Positions 57,344 to 64,000 of a DNA stretch of 64,000 nt are shown here, piece by piece. The notes beneath the pieces were generated by a model. That model saw nothing but the letters and a program-made list of their open reading frames with translations. It was not told the origin of the DNA and did not search any database. The position numbers were made by a program, and so were the translations under genes. Position 1 is the first letter of the stretch, and each line of letters begins with the position of its first letter. Location: assembly GCA_903906305.1 (NCBI GenBank), contig CAIVJR010000005.1, positions 6,485 to 70,484 on the forward strand. The letters are read 5' to 3'. The DNA is from an uncultured bacterium (lineage in GTDB: Bacteria; Patescibacteriota; Dojkabacteria; SC72).

Positions 57344-58257
57344 AGCTAAAAACCTGCCTCATAACTACAATCCTTTGCATATTAGGGATATCATTCTTAA
57401 CCCCTTCAAAAGTACAGGCAGATTCTGTCACCCCATCAATATATGAGACTTCAATTCTAAAAGAAGCAAATGGAAAAGGAAAAGTAACTTTTAAGAATGA
57501 AGGAACTACCCCAGTAAAAATAACCCCGCGTGTTTCAGCATACGATCCAAAGACTCTACAACTCATATCAGAGGAAAAAACTCTTTTTCTAGTATTAGAT
57601 AGAGAAACATATACCGTACAACCACAATCTTCATTGATATTGAACTACGAGATCAAGCCACCAACTAATCTTTCAGCAGGTACATATTTCAATCTCATCA
57701 TATTTCAAAAATCAGCAGACTTAACTGTAACTAATCAACCAAACCAGTTAGGAACAGTAGAAAATCTTTCGCAACTTGTAAGCATCCATATATTGGAAAA
57801 GCAGACCACATATCCATTACAGATAAAGAGTGATTTTGCACAAATAACTATGGAAATCACCGATGCAGGGATACCATTCCTCAAACCCATGACTGTTAAA
57901 TATACATATCAAAATACAACCAACTATGTATTACAACCACTTGGAGAGATACAGTCATTTGATCTAAAAAGTTCATACTCCCCTGAGTATATACAAATCA
58001 ATGCTACAGGCAAAAAACTCTACCCCGGGGATAGTATAGAAGAGACGATAACCATGGATAAATGGCATATATCGGACATATTGTTTGGAAGAAAAATTGT
58101 CGGAAGATTCTACAATGGCATCGATCAAAACTCGATAATCAAGGAACAATCTCAAAACACCTACTACATATATCTAGCCATAATCGCAGGAACATTAGTC
58201 ATGGTATTTGTATTGATTAAATCAATACAAGCAGACAAAAAGAGAAAAACTACTTAG
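57340..58257 (+). CDS. Second DUF916/DUF3324-like membrane-anchored protein
   Basis: P.N..AGTY, YQNTTNYVLQPLGEI, C-terminal TM; ATGA overlap at 57340. Confidence 0.72.
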   Translation: MKLKTCLITTILCILGISFLTPSKVQADSVTPSIYETSILKEANGKGKVTFKNEGTTPVKITPRVSAYDPKTLQLISEEKTLFLVLDRETYTVQPQSSLILNYEIKPPTNLSAGTYFNLIIFQKSADLTVTNQPNQLGTVENLSQLVSIHILEKQTTYPLQIKSDFAQITMEITDAGIPFLKPMTVKYTYQNTTNYVLQPLGEIQSFDLKSSYSPEYIQINATGKKLYPGDSIEETITMDKWHISDILFGRKIVGRFYNGIDQNSIIKEQSQNTYYIYLAIIAGTLVMVFVLIKSIQADKKRKTT

Positions 58258-59128
58258 TAATATCCTTAGTAGTCTTAAAAGATATCTTTGCAACATTCTT
58301 CAATTCACTAATTCCATATTTCTTAACAAATTCCTTCCCCTTCCCTATGACATGCGTTGCACCCTTTGGAAAATCAAACTTGTATGCGTTCCCCATTTTC
58401 TCCATCTGTTCTAAGAATACACCTCGAGCCAATACAGATGCCGCAGCTACTGCGATATCAGATTCTCCCTTGTGGAACTGATTAATATCCGCTCCCTGCC
58501 CCATCTTACCCAGTTCATTCAATATTCTACTCTTACTGTTTGAGAATTGATCAATAACCACGGTATTACATTCAATATTCTTAGATTTAAGATCACCTAA
58601 TCCCATTTCAATAACCTTGGAATGTTGTCTCGCTAATAATATTGCTACATTCCCTGTTTCCTTTTGCAGATCAGAATATTCAGCAGGCATTACAATACTC
58701 ACATAGTAATATTCATAATCTTTTAACTGTTCATACATTTCCATAATCTTCTTGTCAGAAAATTTCTTTGAATCTCCTACCCCTATCTTTTCAAAAATAT
58801 CTACATTTTCAGGATTAACAAAACATGAGACTACAACCAAAGGACCAAAGTAATCTCCTTTACCTACTTCATCTACGCCTAAATGAGGAACCAATGTTTT
58901 GTTGCCTACTTCAGACGTTTCGCCTAATATCTCAGAAAAATCTTCATTCCCCTGAAGTACAAGTTTACCACTGGTATACAACATTGCTGCAGAACCTAGA
59001 TAGCTCTTCATTCGAAGTTTTACATATTCGTTGTTGGATTTTTCTTCTCTCCATTTCAATTTAAGAAGAATATCCTTAATATTTTCTTCTTGAATATGTG
59101 TTAATTGGACAGTTTTAGTATTTTGCAT
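58250..59128 (-). CDS. rnhC: Ribonuclease HIII
   Basis: LYTSGKLVLQG TBP-like domain; GVDEVGKGDYFGP, DSKK, IDQF, VAAASVLAR. Confidence 0.95.
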   Translation of the reverse strand: MQNTKTVQLTHIQEENIKDILLKLKWREEKSNNEYVKLRMKSYLGSAAMLYTSGKLVLQGNEDFSEILGETSEVGNKTLVPHLGVDEVGKGDYFGPLVVVSCFVNPENVDIFEKIGVGDSKKFSDKKIMEMYEQLKDYEYYYVSIVMPAEYSDLQKETGNVAILLARQHSKVIEMGLGDLKSKNIECNTVVIDQFSNSKSRILNELGKMGQGADINQFHKGESDIAVAAASVLARGVFLEQMEKMGNAYKFDFPKGATHVIGKGKEFVKKYGISELKNVAKISFKTTKDITK

Positions 59129-60551
59129 ATTTAGTACCTTCTGGAGTATCAAAAACTTTAAATCCTGCTTCCTCTATGAGTTTTCTAAACTTGTCTGCAT
59201 CATCATATCTCTTTTCAGCTCTAGCAGTATCTCTTTCTCTAGCATATTTCTCAATCTGTTCATCAGCTATGACTACACTGTAATCTTTAATATTATTCAA
59301 ATTCAATCCCAACACCCTATCAAACTCCAATACTGTAGCCAATATATCTTCTTTGTCTTCCTTACTCTTTAACATCTCATTTAGGATGGAGAGTACCTCA
59401 GACATATTTAGATTGTTTTCCAATGCATTCTTAAATCTCCCAATATATCTTGGTATGACCTTACCACTCTTGTCTCCTAATTCCTTTACCTTCTTGTTAA
59501 GACTTAGCCTTGCATTCTGAGCACCCTTTAGAGCCTCTGTAGAGAACTGTAGCTTCGTATGGTAGTTAACAGATGCAAAGAGGTATCGAATATCTAAAGC
59601 ATCAAATCCTTGGGCTATGGCCTCTGGCAATGTATCTGCATTCCCTTCACTCTTGGCAAGCTTAGCATCATCTTTAGTTACTACCCATTCATTATGTACC
59701 CAATATTTAACAACTGGTTGTCCAAATGCTCCAATATTTTGTGCTCTCTCATTTGGATGATGTACTGGTATATGATCTATACCTCCTGTATGTATATCAA
59801 AATGTTCTCCAAATGCTTTGTTACCCATTGCAGAACATTCAATATGCCATCCTGGGAATCCCTCACCCCATGGAGAACTCCAATGCATATCGTGGTTGGC
59901 ATACTTACCTACTAATTTCATCCACAATACAAAGTCTGCTGGATTCTTTTTGTTTGGATCTACTACAACATCTTCTCTGTCTCCTACCTTCTTGTCTTCC
60001 AACTTCTGACCTGTAAATATGGTGTAATCAGGTACTTTGGTAACATCAAAATACAATGCTTTGTCTGTTTCGTAGGTATATCCATTGGCTTCCATTTTTT
60101 TAACTAGTTCAATGATTTCTGGAATCATGTTGGTTGCTCGCATCCATCCAAATTTTTCTACATCTTTGTAATCTAAATCTCTGGATATGACATCTCCGCT
60201 TGGTGTGAGGATATTTAATGCTTTGAAGTCTTCTAATACCGTATTGATATACTTGTTTGCTACATCTATGGCGGTTATTCCTTCTTTTGCAGCTTCATTA
60301 TCCATTTTGTCCTCTCCAAAGTCTTCATCATGGCTCATGTGTCCTACATCTGTGAAGTTCATTACTCTGTTTACATTGTAGCCTAGGTATTTGAAGGCTC
60401 TGTGCATTACATCCCAGTTTATATATGCCCTGATATTGCCTAAGTGCATTCGGTAGTAGACTGTTGGTCCGCAACTATATATTGAGATTTCGTTATCTTT
60501 AATGGTTTGGATATCTACTACTTTTCGATCTAGGGTTGAATAGAGTTTCAT
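59115..60551 (-). CDS. cysS: Cysteine--tRNA ligase
   Basis: CGPTVY, HLGN, NFTDVGH, DFVLW, GWHIECSAM, HTGGIDH..HH.NE, KLAKS. Confidence 0.97.
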   Translation of the reverse strand: MKLYSTLDRKVVDIQTIKDNEISIYSCGPTVYYRMHLGNIRAYINWDVMHRAFKYLGYNVNRVMNFTDVGHMSHDEDFGEDKMDNEAAKEGITAIDVANKYINTVLEDFKALNILTPSGDVISRDLDYKDVEKFGWMRATNMIPEIIELVKKMEANGYTYETDKALYFDVTKVPDYTIFTGQKLEDKKVGDREDVVVDPNKKNPADFVLWMKLVGKYANHDMHWSSPWGEGFPGWHIECSAMGNKAFGEHFDIHTGGIDHIPVHHPNERAQNIGAFGQPVVKYWVHNEWVVTKDDAKLAKSEGNADTLPEAIAQGFDALDIRYLFASVNYHTKLQFSTEALKGAQNARLSLNKKVKELGDKSGKVIPRYIGRFKNALENNLNMSEVLSILNEMLKSKEDKEDILATVLEFDRVLGLNLNNIKDYSVVIADEQIEKYARERDTARAEKRYDDADKFRKLIEEAGFKVFDTPEGTKYAKY

Positions 60552-60590
60552 TGTTTTAAATTATATCAGATTAAATAGAATAACCAATGA

Positions 60591-60968
60591 TTACCTTACA
60601 GCAATCATACTAATTTCTAAAACGGCTCCCTTAGGCAATTCTTTTACCACAACTGTCTCTCTTGCAGGGTATGGTTGGGTAAAATATCTTGAATATATCT
60701 CATTTAATGTACTCCAAATCTCCATGTCGGTTATATATATCGTTGTCTTAACAACATTTTCAAAGGTCATATTTGATTCTTTAAGTATATATTCTAGATT
60801 TTGCATAACTTGAACCACTTTTTCTTCATCGGTTCCTTCAATCAAGGTTCCATCTTTGGTTAGATGTATTTGGCCAGATGTATATACAGTATTTTGTGCT
60901 TCAATTCCTTGCGAATATGGTCCTATTGCTTTAGGTACCTCCGTAGATTTTATTTCTTTTTTCATCAT
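60591..60968 (-). CDS. ridA: RidA/YjgF family enamine/imine deaminase
   Basis: P.AIGPYSQ, SGQI, VVKTT, PAR, LPKG..EI. Confidence 0.93.
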   Translation of the reverse strand: MMKKEIKSTEVPKAIGPYSQGIEAQNTVYTSGQIHLTKDGTLIEGTDEEKVVQVMQNLEYILKESNMTFENVVKTTIYITDMEIWSTLNEIYSRYFTQPYPARETVVVKELPKGAVLEISMIAVR

Positions 60969-60990
60969 ATATTTAAATATATATTAATTA

Positions 60991-61064
60991 TGGAGGTGAC
61001 TATGGGAGTTGAACCCATCTAAAAGGTTTTGCAGACCTTCGCCTAACCGATCGGCCAAGTCACC
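60991..61064 (-). tRNA. tRNA-Cys(GCA), CCA encoded
   Basis: GGTGACTTGGCCGATCGGTTAGGCGAAGGTCTGCAAAACCTTTTAGATGGGTTCAACTCCCATAGTCACCTCCA. Confidence 0.96.
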
Positions 61065-61252
61065 AATACATATATTGGCTATTGAACGATGTTTAAGGAT
61101 TTGGGATATTTGTTTAAACAGCAAGAATAACCAATATTTAATTATTGGTTACAACAACATGTAATGTTATTTAGTCTGTTTATCATATTGGGGATTATAT
61201 CAATGTAATATTGATACAGTCAAATATATCTCTTAAATACAGATATGCTATT

Positions 61253-61321
61253 CACTTGGGGTACCTATATTTTTATTTTCTGTCTTGTTAGACAATTTTT
61301 TTTATAGGTACACCCAAGGTG
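61253..61321. terminator. Long hairpin downstream of the 51-aa gene
   Basis: CACTTGGG.GTACCTATA ... TATAGGTAC.CCCAAG.GTG. Confidence 0.65.
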
Positions 61322-61341
61322 CAGAGAAATGAAAAAAGATT

Positions 61342-61497
61342 TTATTGAGAGGAAATAAGTTGAAGCAATGTAACAAGATCTTTTCCGTATTCGCTGGCAA
61401 ACCAAGCAATAAATAAAGCGATCGCTACCAATAATCCCATGAAGAAAAACTTATCTTCTACCGATAATCTTTTTTTCTCTTCCACTTTCTCTTTCAT
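61342..61497 (-). CDS. 51-aa single-TM protein (not in ORF track)
   Basis: AAGGAGG SD; MKEKVEEKKRLSVEDKFFFMGLLVAIALFIAWFASEYGKDLVTLLQLISSQ. Confidence 0.75.
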   Translation of the reverse strand: MKEKVEEKKRLSVEDKFFFMGLLVAIALFIAWFASEYGKDLVTLLQLISSQ

Positions 61498-61653
61498 TTT
61501 TTCCTCCTTTTTCGACACCCCATTGGTGTGCGATTATATCTAACATCAAAGATATTAATATCAGGTAAATCGCACACACAAAGATAGAATTAGGGAAAAA
61601 TGTAGTATTAAATAACTAAGTATCTAATACAATTCCCTCTGCATTTAAGAAAT

Positions 61654-61693
61654 ATATTTTAAAAGAGCAGTCTATTTAACTACTCCATTATAC
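61654..61693 (-). promoter_or_regulatory. Promoter -10 plus boxA-like; repeat of 31221-31262
   Basis: GTATAATGGAGTAGTTAAATAGACTGCTCTTTTAAAATAT on the minus strand. Confidence 0.7.
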
Positions 61694-61730
61694 AATTTTT
61701 AGAGAAATATATCAAAACTATAGGTCGAGG

Positions 61731-62354
61731 CTAGATTCCCCTTCTCCCTTCTAACGCTCTCTTTAATGTAAGCCTATCAGCATATTCCAAATCCGCTCCA
61801 GTAGGTAACCCCATTGCTAATCTCGTAATCTTTATCTTCTCATCCTTAAGTTCAGATTTAAATAAATCAATAATATAACTAGCAGTAGCCTCACCCTCTA
61901 AACTAGGATTAGTAGCAACAATAACCTCTAAGGAATCACAACTCTCTAACAATTCCCCCACCCTAGCCTTCAATTCCTTAAACCTAATCTCTTCCTCACC
62001 AATACCCTCGGCAGGAGATATAACTCCGCCAAGCACAAAATACAAACCATCAAAAATACCAGAATTCTCAAACGCAACCACATCCAAAGGCTCTTCAACA
62101 ACACAAAGCTTATCCTGTTTCCTTAATTTACTAGAACAAATATCACACACCTCCTTATCACTAACATTGAAACACTTCTTACAATTCATAACCTCATCTT
62201 CCATAGCTAACAAAGCATTAGCTAATTTTGTAGCATCCAACTTAGAAGAACGAAGATAGTGGTAAGTCATACGAGAAGCAGATTTAGGACCAACCCCAGG
62301 TAATCTACTAAATTCATTAATTACATTTTCTACAGACTTGGGTAGTACTGACAT
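61731..62354 (-). CDS. recR: Recombination mediator RecR
   Basis: LPGVGPKSA.R, C4 zinc finger, LCVVE, VLGG.ISP, ATNP..EGEATA, GLP.G..LEYAD. Confidence 0.97.
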   Translation of the reverse strand: MSVLPKSVENVINEFSRLPGVGPKSASRMTYHYLRSSKLDATKLANALLAMEDEVMNCKKCFNVSDKEVCDICSSKLRKQDKLCVVEEPLDVVAFENSGIFDGLYFVLGGVISPAEGIGEEEIRFKELKARVGELLESCDSLEVIVATNPSLEGEATASYIIDLFKSELKDEKIKITRLAMGLPTGADLEYADRLTLKRALEGRRGI

Positions 62355-62650
62355 TATTTATTACCAAATAGTTTTTTAATCTGTTCTAAATCAACATCCT
62401 GAGCCATATCCTTTTGTAATTTCTTTTGGTAATCCTTAAATGCTTCCTTCATACCATTCTTTATTGCACCTGCCATATCTGGATCTAAGTACTGCTCATC
62501 GATATATATATCTTCAAACTCTTGAGCACCGTTCATAAAGATGATGATCATTCCATTCTTAGACTCACCTTTAATCTTCTTCTCTCTCATCTTGTTCTGC
62601 ATCTTCTTAGCTTCATTCTGCATCTTTAACAACTCTACTGGGTTTATCAT
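62354..62650 (-). CDS. ybaB: YbaB/EbfC nucleoid-associated protein
   Basis: A.KMQ....G.S..G.....MNG; between dnaX and recR. Confidence 0.88.
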   Translation of the reverse strand: MINPVELLKMQNEAKKMQNKMREKKIKGESKNGMIIIFMNGAQEFEDIYIDEQYLDPDMAGAIKNGMKEAFKDYQKKLQKDMAQDVDLEQIKKLFGNK

Positions 62651-62693
62651 GATAGTAATAATATAAACTAAACAAGGATATTATATCGTAAAA

Positions 62694-64000
62694 CTACATA
62701 CCTTCAAAGATTGCCTCTATTTCTGCTGATACCTTCTTAGCTTTGAAGAAGTTAGGCTTCTCTGATTTCTCCTCCTTATGAGCTTCTTTCTTTGTGGTGA
62801 CAGGTACATTTCTAAGTACAAATTCAGCATCAGATTTCTTTTCTAATCTCATCTGGTCATTAACATTACAAACAATTTTGCATGAAGAACCAAACATTTT
62901 TTTGAATACGGTGGAAATAGCCTCTCTACTCTTTGGTATCTCTATCCTATCCTTGTGGAATGAGAAAGGTACTTCAACTGTTAATACACCTTCATTAAAC
63001 CCAACGACATTTGCACTACCTAAAAATGCATACAGATTGTTGTTAAATGGCTTAACTTCTAACACAAAGCTCTCCCATCGCTTCTTAACATCATCTGCAG
63101 ATATATCATCATTACTAATATCATCCTCTTCCTCTTCAGAATCTTCTGCTACCTCACTTGGAATTGGTTCTTCTTTAACCTCTTCCTTAATTTCTTCTTT
63201 TTTAATTTCCACTTGTGGAGCTATCTTGTTCTTAACATCAGTATTAACTATCTTTACCTCAGTGTCTGGTACTGGTTCATCCTTCATCATCTCAGGGATA
63301 ATCATTTCTAATACCAATGCTTGATTACTTGCATATTTAATACGATTTTCAGCCTCTAAGAAAAGATTAATCACCCTATGAATCATCCTAATATCCCACC
63401 CACTAAACATTTCATAGTCTTTTCCTAATTTTCCCTTAATCTTTCCAACTAATATTTCTCTCAATATGGAAAGAGTATAGCTTGTAAACTGTTGAAGATT
63501 TACACCCTTTTCTTCTAAACCTTCAACAATCTCCAATGCTTTTTTACCATTACCCTCTTCTAGACTACTTAACAATGTTGTCACCTTGTCAAAATCTGGC
63601 AATCCCAATATATTCCTTACCTCTTCCTCAGTAATTTGTTTTTTTCCTTTCTCTTGCCCACTGTAAACAACATCCAAGAGTGAAAGTGCATCTCGGTAAC
63701 TTCCTTTAGCATTCTGTACTAGCAAAGCTAATGCTTTTTCAACAACACCAATACCCTCTTCCTTAGATACACTGGATATCACTTCAGCAATTTCAGAATC
63801 TGTACCAAGTCTAAAATCATATCTCTGACATCTCGACAAAATCGTAGGTGGCAGCTTATGTACATCAGTTGTAGCCAACATGAAGATTACATGCGCAGGA
63901 GGCTCTTCTAGGGTCTTGAGAAGGGCATTAAAAGCCTCAGTCGTAAGCATATGAACCTCATCAATGATATATACCTTGTATTTACCCTCTGATGGTGAAA
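62694..64000 (-). CDS. dnaX: DNA polymerase III subunit gamma/tau (5' truncated)
   Basis: KVYIIDEVHML...AFNALLKTLEEPP, TILSRCQ, GSYRDALSLLD. Confidence 0.97.
   Translation of the reverse strand, partial: SPSEGKYKVYIIDEVHMLTTEAFNALLKTLEEPPAHVIFMLATTDVHKLPPTILSRCQRYDFRLGTDSEIAEVISSVSKEEGIGVVEKALALLVQNAKGSYRDALSLLDVVYSGQEKGKKQITEEEVRNILGLPDFDKVTTLLSSLEEGNGKKALEIVEGLEEKGVNLQQFTSYTLSILREILVGKIKGKLGKDYEMFSGWDIRMIHRVINLFLEAENRIKYASNQALVLEMIIPEMMKDEPVPDTEVKIVNTDVKNKIAPQVEIKKEEIKEEVKEEPIPSEVAEDSEEEEDDISNDDISADDVKKRWESFVLEVKPFNNNLYAFLGSANVVGFNEGVLTVEVPFSFHKDRIEIPKSREAISTVFKKMFGSSCKIVCNVNDQMRLEKKSDAEFVLRNVPVTTKKEAHKEEKSEKPNFFKAKKVSAEIEAIFEGM

Noticed and set aside
357-63324. Numerous antisense ORFs (e.g. 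820..1449, 3965..4498, 17638..18177, 32142..32639, 62794..63324)
   Set aside because: Shadows of well-identified genes on the opposite strand, with no motifs
1-64000. CRISPR array, prophage, rRNA, IS element or stop-codon recoding
   Set aside because: No regularly spaced repeats, phage structural genes, transposase or rRNA seen; TGA acts as a stop and core genes are intact in code 11

Overview
AT-rich bacterial chromosome segment in the standard genetic code, with most genes on the minus strand. Gene content and style point to a Patescibacteria (CPR) genome, most likely Dojkabacteria/WS6 (inference): a stand-alone VirD4/TraG-like ATPase, AMP phosphorylase plus ribose-1,5-bisphosphate isomerase, a CxxC-x17-CxxC protein, and largely leaderless, SD-less housekeeping genes. 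The backbone is a Xer-like recombinase, ruvBAC, yebC, dnaB, rpmE-prfA-prmC, htrA/ctpA, rpsF-ssb-rpsR, ychF, cca, rnhC, cysS, recR-ybaB-dnaX, and tRNA-Leu(CAA), tRNA-Ser(TGA) and tRNA-Cys(GCA). It is interrupted at about ten places by short, self-contained orphan-gene cassettes. Four signals stand out. (1) Local G/C strand skew flips polarity across the cassettes, apparently regardless of gene orientation, as expected from repeated break-resection and repair at hotspots. (2) A DUF3800 (RNase H-like) gene has a convergently promoted structured ncRNA, and the unit is flanked by direct repeats. (3) A BRO-family gene has a palindrome-encoded segment that is echoed, with identical spacing and a compensatory change, just upstream of the gene. 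(4) Many cassettes share a TATAAT + boxA-like + strong SD + terminator architecture, including a tandemly duplicated 145-bp structured leader. Several small membrane-protein genes absent from the ORF track were found, and one strand label in the track (47302..47898) is wrong. Family names come from motif recognition, not database searches.
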